From the NCBI RefSeq assembly GCF_006345805.1, contig NW_021832708.1:1-30365 (forward strand): a DNA stretch of 30,365 nucleotides, written 5' to 3'. The translations under genes and the position numbers were made by a program. Below the pieces are notes generated by a model. The model did no database searches. It was not told where the DNA came from and saw nothing but the letters and a program-made list of their open reading frames with translations. The DNA is from Octopus sinensis. Taxonomy: Eukaryota. Positions 1 to 14,350 of this stretch are shown piece by piece. How positions within the stretch are numbered: the stretch's first letter is position 1; each line of letters opens with the position of its first letter.

Positions 1-84
1 ACATGTGTACAATCCACTGTCTTCAATTTCAACATCTTTGATGCGGAGTCCCATCTCCTGGATACAAAACCTCTCCCATGCAAT

Positions 85-3027
85 GTGGATGTATGCTGTA
101 TCCAGGAAGTAAGGTGGAGAGGAGGTTCTGCTAGGCTCCTCACAGGCAAGGAACACAGGTACAAGATTTTCTGGGCAGGGAACACTGACGGAGTCGGGGG
201 CGTGGGTATACTTCCTGTGGAGAAATGGGTAGGTAAGGTAATCGAGGTAGTCAGAGTAAGTGACAGAGTAATTAAAATTAGATTAGTTCTTCACCATAGG
301 ACAGCTACCATCATCTCGGCATATGCCCCTCAACCAGGGCTACCGGAAGGACAAAAAGACCAATTCTATGACACCCTATTGCGGACTACCTCATTGACAA
401 ATGACAGTGACCTTCTCTTCGTGGCAGGTGATTTCAATGGACATGTTGGACGACATGTCGGGGGCTTCCATGGCGTCCATGGAGGCTACGGTTTTGGCTC
501 TCGAAATGAGGAAGGAACCAGGCTGCTGGAGTTCTGCGATGCAAATGACCTTATGGTCTGCAATACCCACTTCAGGAAACCCACCTCTCATCTAGTCACC
601 TACCGTTCTGGCAGACACACCAGCCAGATTGACTACATCCTTGCCAGAAAAAGGGAAAGAGGGCTGATTATAAATGCCAAAACCTTCCCAGGTGAAGAAT
701 GTACTCCCCAACATAGATTAGTAGTTAGCGACTTCAGGATCAGAGCTAAATGGTTGCCCAGAAGAAGACCAGCTTGGAGGAGAAGGGTCTGGAAGCTTAA
801 AGATCCTGCAAATGGACAGAGATTTAGAGACATACTACTCAAAGCCTCTGACGAAATAGAAGGGGATATAGCTTCACTTAATGTGGAAGACAACTGGAGA
901 TTCCTACGGGACAACCTGCTGACAGCCACTGACCAGATCTGTGGATGGAGCAAAGTACCATCTCGACCCAGAGTAACATGGTGGTGGAACACTGTGGTTG
1001 ACAGGGCTATTAGACAAAAGAGACAGGCTTGGAAGGACTGGAAGAACGGTGGTAGCAGGGAATTGTATCAGACAGCCAAAAGGGAAGCTAGGAGACAGGT
1101 TATTTAGCCAGAGGGGAAGCGGATAAGAAAAAATTTGCCAATGTTCTGAGCCGTGAGGATGAAAGACTTGAGGTATTTCGTGTTGCAAGACAGTGTGTGA
1201 GAGAGAATCATGATGTGGTAGGAGAGAAGTGTGTTCGCATGGATGATGGTTCACTTGCGCTAAATGAGGATGCAAAGAGAGAGGTTTGGAGATGCCACTA
1301 TGAAAGGTTGCTGAATAAAGAAAATGAGTGGGATAAAGAGAGTCTGCCGAATGTTGACCCAACAGAGGGACCAGCTATCCGAGTTGATAGTTCCGTGGTA
1401 GCTAAGGCAATTAGAAGCATGAAGACAGGGAAAGCCCCAGGCCCATCAGGAATTACTGCAGAGATGCTCAAAATATCTGGCAGTGTCGGCTATAACCTAG
1501 TCACCCGTATAGTCAACCAGGTGATACGAAGGAGTCATACCCAATGACTGGTGTAGCAGCATACTAGTCAACTGCTACAAAGGTAAAGGTGATGCCCTGG
1601 ATACAAATAATTACAGAGGTATCAAGCTGTTGGATCAGGTAATGAAGGTTACGGAGAGGGTCATAGCCCAACTAATTAGAGAGAGAGTTAGTTTAGATGA
1701 GATGCAGTTTGGGTTTGTCCCAGGGAAAATCACCACTGATGCTATATTCCTGGTAAGGCAGCTGCAGGAGAAATAGCTAGCCAAAGATAAGCCCCTGTAC
1801 CTGGCTTTCGTTGACATGGAGAAAGCCTTTGATAGGGTCCCCCGATCCCTCATCTGGTGGTCAATGAGGAAACTAGGAATAGATGAATGGCTGGTGAGGG
1901 CTGTGCAAGCCATGTACAGAGATGCCGTAAGTAAGGTTAGAGTTGGCAACATGTACACAGAAGAATTCAAAGTAGAGGTTGGGGTCCACCAGGGTTCAGT
2001 ACTCAGCCCCCTCCTATTTATCATAGTCCTCCAGGCAATTGTGGAGGAATTCAAGACAGGTTGCCCCTGGGAGCTCCTCTATGCTGACGACCTCGCTCTA
2101 ATCGCTGAGTCACTAACAGAACTGGAGGAGAAGTTCCAGGTGTGGAAGGAGGGTTTAGAATCGAGGGGCCTTAGAATCAACCTAGCTAAAACCAAAGTAC
2201 TAATAAGTAGAAAGGTAGACAATCCACAAATATCCTCAGGAAGATGGCCCTGCTCGATCTGTAGAAAAGGTGTAGGTAGAAACTCTATAAGATGTACCCA
2301 GTGTAAGCTATGGACACATAAGAGGTGCAGCAATGTCAAAGGTAGGCTAACTGGGAAGATAGTTTTTGTATGTGGCAGATGCTCTGGAGCATTGACCTCC
2401 GAAAATCTGCAGAAAACAACTTCCGTCACTTTCCGGGGGAAAAACTAGAAGTAGTTGATAGCTTCCGCTATCTAGGTGACCAAGTAGTGGGGGTGGTGGG
2501 CGCTGAAAGTGTAACTGCTAGAATAAGAATAGCCTGGGCAAAGTTTAGGGAGCTCTTACCTCTGCTGGTGACTAAAGCCTCTCGCTCAGAGTAAAGGCAG
2601 ACTGTATGATGCATGTGTACGAACAGCTATGCTACATGGCAGTGAAACATGGGCCGTGACTGCTGAAGACATGCGTAAGCTCGTGAGGAACGAAGCCAGT
2701 ATGCTCCGATGGATGTGTAATGTCAGTGTACTTACTCGACAGAGCGTTAGTACCTTGAGAGGAATGTTGTACCTAAGAAGCATCAGTTGTGGTGTGCAAG
2801 AGAGACGATTGCGCTGGTATGGTCATGTGGCGAGAATGGATGAAGATAGGTGTGTGAGAAAGTGCCAATCCCTAGCAGTTGAGGGAACCCGTGGAAGAGG
2901 TAGACCCAGGAAAACCTGGGACGAGGTGGTGAAGCACGACCTTCGGACGTTAGGTCTCACCATGGAAATGACTGGAGACCGAGACCTATGGAAGTATGCT
3001 GTGCATGAGAAGACCCGGCAAGACTAG
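85..3027 (+). pseudogene. Disrupted APE endonuclease / reverse transcriptase ORF of the RTE element, with internal PHD-type zinc finger
   Basis: ORF pieces 85-1107, 1197-1547, 1816-2448, 2370-2594 and 2629-3027 join into one EN-RT polypeptide via several frameshifts; in-frame TAG at 1774-1776. Confidence 0.9.
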
Positions 3028-3125
3028 TGTAGCCATAATCCGTGGCCCCTACCTGGGAAGTAGTCAGTCCACCTGTGCATACCTTCCTTCTTGTGACACT
3101 TGTGAAGACCTGTTGAGGCAAGTGA

Positions 3126-3165
3126 GAATCGAATCAAATCAAATCAAATCAAATCGAACCAAATC
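3126..3165 (+). repeat. (AAATC)n/(GAATC)n pentanucleotide microsatellite
   Basis: About 8 units read directly. Confidence 0.9.
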
Positions 3166-3292
3166 AAAATAGATGAACATCAATGGAATTTGTATCCTTG
3201 TGGTACCAGTGCCGGTGGCACATAAGAAAACCATCTGAACGTGACCGTAGCCAGTGCCGCAACGACTGGCCTCCATGCTGAGGGCACGTAAC

Positions 3293-3483
3293 AAACACCA
3301 TCCGAGCGTGGCCGTCCGCCAGCCTCGTCTGGCACCTGTGTCGGTGACACATAAGAAAACACCATCCGAGCGTGGCCGTCAGCCAGCCTCGTCTGGCACC
3401 TGTGTCGGTGGCACATAAAAAACACCATCCGAGTGTGGCCGTCTGCCAGCCTCATCTGGCACCTGTGTCGGTGGCACATAAAA
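3293..3483 (+). repeat. 63-64 bp tandem repeat, 3 copies plus diverged upstream copies from about 3205
   Basis: AAACACCATCCGAGYGTGGCCGTC.GCCAGCCTC.TCTGGCACCTGTGTCGGTG.CACATAA recurs at 3293, 3357 and 3420. Confidence 0.9.
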
Positions 3484-3659
3484 TCACCCACTACACTCTC
3501 GGAGTGGTTGGCGTTAGGAAGGGCATCCAGCTGTAGAAACACTGCCAGATCTAACTGGCCTGGTGCAGCCTTCGGGCTTGCCAGACCCCAGTTGAACCGT
3601 CCAACCCATGCTAGCATGGAAAGCGGACGTGAAACGATGATGATGATGATGATGATGAT

Positions 3660-3752
3660 ACATATATATATATATAATATATATATTATATATATATATA
3701 TAATATATATTATATATATATATATATTATATATACATATATATATATACAT
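3660..3752. repeat. (TA)n microsatellite
   Basis: Read directly. Confidence 0.95.
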
Positions 3753-4454
3753 CAGGGGCGTGCACTCTCAGCAATGCAAGGTATGCGCTGCATGCCTTCT
3801 TTGTTTCAAAGAAAATACGTCCAGTTGTTTTAGAAATATTGTCTCCACTTCGTACATCTGCTTTGATAAATGCTTTTAGAAGATGGCATGATACACACTC
3901 CCTCTCTGTCTGTATTAGTTTGTCCTTCCTTCCTCTCTCTCTCTCTCTCTATCTTAGTGACTCGAGAAATTTATCGCTTGTCATGCGTTGGGAAGACAGC
4001 ATGAGTCCCTTCTCTCTGTCTTTGATAGTTTGTCCCTTCTTCCTCTTTCTTTGTTTAAAAGATATACTACGAGGAATGGTCACCCCCTTCTCTCTCAGCG
4101 ATTCGACAAATTCAGTTTGGCGTGTCATGCTGTGCTAAAATCGCATTTCACGCCTCTCTGGCTACTTTGACCGGAACAAGAGCCGTCCCATAATTCTTGT
4201 TTTAGCCAGCTGAAATGTTGGAATAGCCTTCGCATGTAAGTTTGAAATTTTTTATCCAAAACATCCGTTTGCACTATCATATTTTTAGAAAGTTTTGAAA
4301 GCAAAAATATCTACATTATATTTCTTATTTCAGAAATAGCTAATTAATCTTAAATTAATTTAACAAAGGGTATTTTTCCGTTTTGTTGAAATTGACTTAA
4401 AATTTACGCCGGCGCTTCCACGTGGGTCCTTAAATAAGAGCAGCCTTTTTCAAA

Positions 4455-6597
4455 ATGAGTGAAATGTGTGCTATAAACGATATTTTGAGAACTAGTTTTT
4501 CTAAAAGGGACTTCGATGGGAAAAAATTAATTATAATCGCGGGAGACCAACACCGAATTTACCTAATTTGCGAAGCTACAACTAGAAATTCACGAGACAA
4601 TTTCAGGTTAATTCGTATGAAAAGAAGAAATGGTTAACTGGAAGTGTTGCTCTTAATAAATTATTCTGTTGGCCGTGTTTACTTTTTGGCTTAGAAAAAA
4701 ATGTTTGGAATGATAAAGGCTATGATGATTTAAATAATTTACATATGGCTATGCTAAAGCACGAGCGTTCTCAAAGGCATATAAAATGTTTGATAGACCT
4801 TAAAATATTCGGGAATGTTCGCATAGACTTACAATTAGATGCACGTAAAAATCAAAGCATACAACAGCATAATGAGAAAGTTCGACGAAACAGATCCATT
4901 CTGCAACGATTGATCGATGTTGTTATTTTTTTAGGCCTCCAGGAATTATCGTTTCGGGGTCATTTTGAATCTGAAGGCTCTAATAATCGGGGAAATTATA
5001 AAGAACTCGTTTATTTGATCAGTAAGTATGACAAACAAATGGAAAGTCATTTAGATACAGCTTCTATCTTCACTGGTCTGTCGAACAGAATTCAAAATGA
5101 CTTGATCGAAGCAATTCATAAAGTTATGTTGAATGAGATGCAGAAGGAAATTGACCAAGCTAAGTTTGTTTCTATTCTTGTTGATGAGACATCTGATGTC
5201 TCAGCATCTTCACAACTGTCAACAGTTTTACGTTATGTTACAGAAGACTGTGTGACGAAAGAACGATTTATCGGTTTTAGTGATGTTAGTGCAGATCGAT
5301 CTGCAAATGCTTTATCTGAACATGTTTTTAAATGCATTGAGACGTGGGAATGTGGAAACAAATTGATTGCGCAGACATATGATGGTGCCGCTACAATGGC
5401 AGGACAACTAAATGGGTTACAGGCAAAAGTAAGAAATAAATATGAATGTGCGATCTTTATTCATTGTTGTGCCCATATCCTAAATTTAGTTCTTTCACAA
5501 TCATGCTCTGCTATGAAAGAATGCAAGATATTTTTTTCTACAATAAACGGACTCGGTACATTTTTTACGAAATCACCGAAAAGGACTAATGCATTAGATA
5601 ACATTGTTAAAAAAAGATTTCCGAAAGCAACAGCAACTAGATGGAATTACTCCTCACGTCTTATTATTACCACAAAGGAAAATTATAATTTCATAATCAG
5701 CCTTTTTGAACACACATCATTGAAAATCCTGAAGCATGGGATGATATCACCATAAATTCAGCAATTGGATTCTTACACACTTTAAAAGCTCCTGATTTCT
5801 TATTTTTGTTAGAGGTATTCAGTGACATTTTTTCTTTTACTGACGTCTTATTTAACATACTCCAGAGTAAAAGTCATGACATAGTGTATTGTAAACAGCA
5901 AATAGATAAAACTAGAACTGTACTCGAAAACAAACTTGATAATTTTTCAGTCTTTTATGATAGGTTAGGGGAAAAATATGGAGTCGATGCAGGAATCGGA
6001 ATTCAGAGATCCAAGAATATATCTATTGATCCCCAACGACATTATAGAACGCTTTATAACAAAATTATAAGTACAATAGTTGACCAAATAAAAGCACGAT
6101 ATTCATCCTTAGAAGAGTTTAAATTCATGGAACTTTTGAATTTCAACAAAGTTGATGAGTATTGCAAACAATTTCCTGTGGACTCTTTAGATTCTTTAAG
6201 AACAACTTATGGCAGATTTTTTGATGTAATACGATTACAAAGTGAGCTCAATGTGATGTTTTCAATGAAAGATTTTAAAAAACCAAGTGTAAGTCATTTA
6301 ATGAGTTACATTAACAGCACTGATCTTGTTGAAGCTATGCCAGAACTCTTCAATCTGTGCAAGTTGATTTTGACAATTCCGTCTACCACTGCTTCTGTAG
6401 AGCGATCCTTTTCTGCATTAAGCAGAATTAAAACATACCAAAGAAATGCGACAGGAGAAAGAAGACTGTCTGGGTTAGCACTAATGTCAATTGAAAAAGA
6501 TTTATTACAAGAATTGATGAAAAGAGAAGATTTCTATGAAAATGTGATAGATATATTTGCCCAGAAAGATCGAAGAATTGAATTAATTTATAAATGA
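4455..6597 (+). pseudogene. hAT transposase (ZMYM1/DUF4371-like), frameshifted
   Basis: TTF-type Zn-finger remnant (WLTGS..LFCWPCLLF..KHERSQRH), FRGH..GNYKEL, SNRIQNDLI, catalytic VDETSD and YDGA, HCCAH, TRW, and the hAT dimerisation motif SVERSFSALSRIKTY..RLSGLALMSIE. Indels near 4540-4590 and 5715. Confidence 0.9.
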
Positions 6598-7364
6598 GCT
6601 AAGTAACATTTTAAAACATTAAAAAAAAATATATTAAAGAGCATATATTACAGGTTTTGCTAAGTGTTTGTTATAACGTAAGGTTCGACCTTCTTACATC
6701 AGTATTGTTTCGCAGGAGAAATGTTTTGATTTCTTCGTGAAACCTAACCTACATAGATTTCCCTTTCTGTGCTGCTGGTGTAGTCTATTTACGGCCGTAA
6801 ATAAGTGTTTTGTTTCACTTTCAATAAGTGTCTTGTTTCAATCTCAGAGATGTTGACTTCTGCCACAACAGTTTTGGGAGGCTTTTTACGATGTTGAATT
6901 TTCGCTGTCTTTCATTGTGTGCGTATTCATGTATATGCGTGTATTTTCAATGTTTGTGCGTGAGACGTAGTCCTTTAATGTACGGAGTTCAGTAAGTCTC
7001 AGAACAGTCAATAATTTTCCCGGAATTGACAAGTAGCATGATAAAGAACCTGACTTGTCTTCGAGAGCGTAACGATCTAAAACCATGGCCATATAATGTA
7101 ACTAAATGTGTTCTTTTAATGAAATCATTTCATTCAGCTCAACCGACAGGTATAGGGGCTAATTCAGAATCGCACCCCTTTGAAAAACGAATTTATGTGA
7201 AAATTTTTTTTCGGATTCCTACCTTTAACAGAGATTCTGAATATGCAAAAATATTGACAGAATCCAATTTCATCTTTATTACATTTCACTTATGATTTTT
7301 AGACTTTTCTAAGGGAGAATGAGGATGGGAAAGTACTGACGTTTCGAAGAGCAAAGAATAATAC

Positions 7365-8585
7365 TGTTACGGAATCACCCGTCGTCTCCCGTCCCGAACG
7401 GCTCACACAAGTCCCGCCACGGAACCCAAAGAGGCGGAGAGAGGAGAGATACAGATACAACAACAACCACAACCTCAGCAGCACAGAGATACAGAGGCAC
7501 AACCCAAAGAGGCAAGGCAACAGAGACACTGGCTTATATTCAAACAACAGTTTATACGACAATTACAATTGTTACAACATCAAAGCATTTAAGGCAAACA
7601 ACAAATCAATACATCATACGGTATACCACAGATCAAAGCATTTAACAACATGCATGTAACAATATAACAGTGTTCAGTAACGACACAACAAGTCCAGATC
7701 AAATAATGTTCACGATACGTCACAGTCCAATCAGAACACTTCGATACATTATACAATGTTCGTATCACAACAATTCACGTTACAATTCAACAAGTCCTTT
7801 ACTCAATTCACAATGTTCTTTATCGACTACATCGACAGAGTCCTTCTTTTTCTCTTCACTGTCCAATACACAAATCACATACCTTAATTCCTAACTGAAT
7901 CTGCCAGTGTCCCATTCCTCTCAATGCTGCTAATTCCTCTGAATACTGCTAATTCCCCTCTGCGCCGCCAAGCTTTCTCGCACCCAACTTGCTCCTAAGA
8001 ATTCCAACGCTTGCTCCTTAAATCCAAGGTCCGTCTGTCTTCTTCGAGGACCGGCCAGCGACTGCAAGATCCGTCTGCGTTCCTCGACGACCGCTCAACG
8101 ACTGCCCTTCTTGACGACCAACTACCAACTGCCCAGATCCGTCCTTCCTGACGACCAACTGCGAACTACCAGACCTCACTTCGTCTCTGTCCTTCTTCCA
8201 CTCCCCCCATCTCCCTCTGTCTATATCGCTCTTTCCCTTTCTAACTGCCCTGGTCCTTATACCCTATCTATATCGCCTGCTGTCTCTTAGCCTTTCTATT
8301 TGCTATCTGATTCCTTACTCTATCTATATCGCCTGCTGTCTCTTAGCCTCTCCATCCGTCCCCTACTGCTTATACCCTATCTCTATTTGCTCTCAGCCCT
8401 TAATCTGTCTTCCTCTTCTTTCACTTCTCACTGACCCTCTTATCAACCACACGAGGTCACAGGTCATTCCAAAACCCATCAGTCCTCCATTAGACAAAGA
8501 ACCCGTCACATTTCACCAGACATCATGATGTCTTTATTCCTATGTGGGTCACCAGAAATGCACCTAGCCAGCCGTAACGACAACA
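7365..8585 (-). mobile_element. Probable solo LTR (Gypsy-like) nested in the hAT 3' non-coding region
   Basis: Begins TGTTACGG and ends CCGTAACGACAACA (TG..CA, imperfect terminal IR). Flanked by 4-bp ATAC at 7361-7364 and 8586-8589. Abrupt compositional shift, no coding potential, TATAAG-like motifs on the minus strand (orientation inferred). Confidence 0.65.
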
Positions 8586-8767
8586 ATACACTTATTTCAG
8601 GATCATCTCTGCACAGCCATTTTTTATTCCCTGTTTATTCTGCATATTCAGAATCTCTTATATGTAAATCGTAGGAATACGAAAATGTTTTACTGAAAAA
8701 TTGCCGGGGGGGGGGGGGCAATGAAATTAATTGCATGCCCAACGCCGGAAGTCACCGCACGCCACTG

Positions 8768-8773
8768 ATATAC

Positions 8774-8807
<34 letters not shown>

Positions 8808-8819
8808 ATATACATATAC

Positions 8820-8850
<31 letters not shown>

Positions 8851-8922
8851 CATATACAAATATATATACATATATATATATACATATACTATATATATAC
8901 ATATACATATATATACATATAC

Positions 8923-8953
<31 letters not shown>

Positions 8954-8996
8954 CATAACATATATATATATATACATATACATATATAACATATAC

Positions 8997-9043
<47 letters not shown>

Positions 9044-9076
9044 ATTATATATATACATATACATATATATTATACA

Positions 9077-9108
<32 letters not shown>

Positions 9109-9202
9109 CATATACATATATATAACATATACATATATATATACATATACATATATATATCTATATACATATATATATATATATATATATACATATATAT
9201 AT
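8768..9202. repeat. (TA)n/(TACA)n compound microsatellite
   Basis: Read directly. Confidence 0.95.
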
Positions 9203-9508
9203 GGTTGATTGATTGATTGATTGATTCTAGTTTCAGCTTATGAGCTGTGGCCATGCTGGGGCACCGCCATTTGGTGTTGGTACTTGGTTTCACTTCATGG
9301 AGGCTTTCTAGCAACTGCTATTTGGTGCATGAGAGAGTTCGATGCAGCTGCCCTCATCTGCCCCTCCTGCCGTGAAGTTGGTTCATCTGGGACACCTGAC
9401 AGGAAGAGATCCAGCTTCATTTTAAAGACATCTGTATCCACCTCATGCAGGTCTCTCAGGTTCTTCGGGAGGATATTGAAGAGCTGTGGGCCTCGGAAGC
9501 CCAGGCTA
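9203..9508 (-). mobile_element. 5'-truncated 3' end of a CR1-group LINE (same family as 25170-29105)
   Basis: Highly similar to 25170-25471. Encodes [25 protein letters not shown]; (CAAT)n tail on the minus strand. Confidence 0.92.
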
Positions 9509-12340
<2,832 letters not shown>

Positions 12341-12346
<6 letters not shown>

Positions 12347-12565
12347 AAAAAAGGAAATGAAGAAAATGCTGACAAATAATTGAAGTAATTTAAGTAATTT
12401 AATTAGGTGAAAGTTCTTTTTACCGGTTGCGCATTTGTTATGCTTATCAAAATATTTTGATAAGCATAACAAATGCGCAACCGGTAAAAAGAACTTTCAC
12501 CTAATTAAATTACTTAAATACTTCAATTATTTGTCAGCATTTTCTTCATTTCCTTTTTTATATAT
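12341..12565. repeat. Near-perfect spacerless palindrome with 112-113 bp arms
   Basis: Centre ATCAAAAT|ATTTTGAT at 12453/12454; the arms differ by one 1-nt indel. Confidence 0.95.
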
Positions 12566-12627
12566 CGCCACTCGTGTTCGACATCTCCTTTTTTTATATA
12601 CATATATATATATACATATATATATAG

Positions 12628-12660
<33 letters not shown>

Positions 12661-12857
12661 CATATATTATATAAAAGGGCTTAGTAAAATAAATTACTTT
12701 GCCACATACTGAACTCATTAGAAATAGCAGCTAAAAAAATTTTTTCAGCTATTTCTAATACTTAAAGAAAAATCTCTCTCAGATAGTGTTTGCTCAAACC
12801 AACTCACGAAGGTATGGGGTAAAAGCATTAAAAAAAAAAACAAGTGCAAAGGTTATT

Positions 12858-12909
12858 TGAGAACGTACGTTTCTAGATTGGTCAAATCGACATTTCTTTC
12901 ATCAGCTCA
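12858..12909 (-). ncRNA. Type I hammerhead ribozyme motif, family A copy 1
   Basis: Minus strand reads UGAG-CUGAUGA-A-AGA.aau.GUC.gauuu.GAC.caa.UCU-A-GAA-ACGUACGU-U-CUCA. Stem I UGAG/CUCA continues after an internal loop as AAGG/CCUU. Predicted cut after GUU (12862/12861). Confidence 0.75.
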
Positions 12910-13414
12910 GAACTCCTTGATTCGGATTTGGGAACACCGAAAGTGGGAGCATACCCTTTTGGCTTCTTATCATCTCCTGAGGTCCGCTCGAACTGACAGT
13001 GCTCACAATTCAAAATATGCAAGCCAAGAATTTCTGCTCTCCCCTTTCCACCAGCGTGGGTTAAAATCGGCAAACACTGTTTTATCGGTAAAAACCGAAG
13101 CATTAAACAGAGAGAAATGAATAATAATTTCAACAATTGAGGGTAAATTTAATTAATTATTAATCAATTTCACCAAGTATTCAGTATGTAAAGGGACCTT
13201 TTAAGGCGAATTCAAAATATTACATTATATAAAAGGGCTTAGTAAAATAAATTAATTTGCCACATACTGAACTCATTAGAAATAGCACCTAAAAAAATTT
13301 TTTCAGCTATTTCTAATACTTAAAGAAAATCTCTCTCAGATAGTGTTTGCTCAAACCAACTCACGAAGGTATGGGGTAAAAGCATTAAAAAAAAAAACAA
13401 GTGCAAAGGTTATT

Positions 13415-13466
13415 TGAGAACGTACGTTTCTAGATTGGTCAAATCGACATTTCTTTCATCAGCTCA
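13415..13466 (-). ncRNA. Type I hammerhead ribozyme motif, family A copy 2
   Basis: Identical to copy 1. Confidence 0.75.
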
Positions 13467-13972
13467 GAACTCCTTGATTCGGATTTGGGAACACCGAAAG
13501 TGGGAGCATACCCTTTTGGCTTCTTATCATCTCCTGAGGTCCGCTCGAACTGACAGTGCTCACAAATTCAAAATATGCAAGCCAAGAATTTCTGCTCTCC
13601 CCTTTCCACCAGCGTGGGTTAAAATCGGCAAACACTGTTTTATCGGTAAAAACCGAAGCATTAAACAGAGAGAAATGAATAATAATTTCAACAATTGAGG
13701 GTAAATTTAATTAATTATTAATCAATTTCACCAAGTATTCAGTATGTAAAGGGACCTTTTAAGGCGAATTCAAAATATTACATTATATAAAAGGGCTTAG
13801 TAAAATAAATTAATTTGCCACATACTGAACTCATTAGAAATAGCACCTAAAAAAATTTTTTCAGCTATTTCTAATACTTAAAGAAAATCTCTCTCAGATA
13901 GTGTTTGCTCAAACCAACTCACGAAGGTATAGGGGTAAAAGCATTAAAAAAATCACAAGTGCAATGGTTATT

Positions 13973-14024
13973 TGAGAACGTACGTTTCTAGATTAGTCAA
14001 ATCGACATTTCTTTCGTCAGCTCA
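13973..14024 (-). ncRNA. Type I hammerhead ribozyme motif, family A copy 3 (CUGACGA core)
   Basis: Same fold; the core differs only at the freely variable N7 position. Confidence 0.75.
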
Positions 14025-14052
14025 GAACTCCTTGATTCGGATTTGGGAACAC

Positions 14053-14116
14053 ATATATATATATATATATATACATATTATATATATACATATATATATA
14101 TAATATACATATATAC

Positions 14117-14147
<31 letters not shown>

Positions 14148-14168
14148 CAAATATATATACATATATAC

Positions 14169-14203
<35 letters not shown>

Positions 14204-14230
14204 CGTATATATATATATATATATCTTTAC

Positions 14231-14285
<55 letters not shown>

Positions 14286-14298
14286 CATATATATATAC

Positions 14299-14333
<35 letters not shown>

Positions 14334-14350
14334 CATATATATATACATAT
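14053..14350. repeat. (TA)n/(TACA)n microsatellite between the two arrays
   Basis: Read directly. Confidence 0.95.

Larger units (their letters stand above)
82..3659 (+). mobile_element. RTE-clade non-LTR retrotransposon, 5'-truncated, with structured 3' region ending in a (GAT)n tail
   Basis: APE endonuclease motifs (CIQEVRW, SAYAPQ, GDFNGHVG, QIDYIL, QHRLVV), RT motifs (NYRGIKL, FVDMEKAFDRV, GVHQGSVLSPLLF, LLYADD), RTE-type C-terminus (RLRWYGHV..RGRGRPRKTW). Starts mid-endonuclease and ends in (GAT)8 at 3636-3659. Whether 3170-3659 is this element's UTR or a separate SINE is uncertain. Confidence 0.9.
3753..8767 (+). mobile_element. hAT-superfamily DNA transposon, full length
   Basis: TIRs CAGGGGCGTGC (3753-3763) and GCACGCCACTG (8757-8767), 10/11 match. 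8-bp TSD ATATACAT at 3745-3752 and 8768-8775 (weaker evidence inside a microsatellite). Internal hAT transposase. Confidence 0.9.
12667..14052 (-). repeat. Tandem array A: about 558-bp unit x 2.5, hammerhead-containing (retrozyme / Penelope pLTR-like)
   Basis: AAAAGGGCTTAGT recurs at 12673, 13231 and 13789; near-identical units; both ends abut TA microsatellite. Confidence 0.92.

Noticed and set aside
391-2783. Antisense and alternate-frame ORFs over the LINE coding regions (also within 20407-29114)
   Set aside because: Shadow ORFs with no recognisable motifs.
3293-3483. 63-bp repeats as a CRISPR array or known ribozyme
   Set aside because: No unique spacers, and I could not match twister, pistol, HDV or hammerhead cores.
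4745-6597. Host gene ZMYM1 or similar domesticated transposase
   Set aside because: Bounded by TIRs and a TSD, so it is a transposon-encoded transposase.
7333-7352. CGAAACGTCAG on the minus strand, like a hammerhead half
   Set aside because: No CUGANGA partner, even after removing the LTR in silico (only CTGAAAT).
12857-13120. 87-94 aa ORF in array A with YVS..RIWEH resembling a GIY-YIG motif
   Set aside because: TTG start, wrong motif spacing, frame not preserved between copies 1 and 2, and antisense to the hammerhead.
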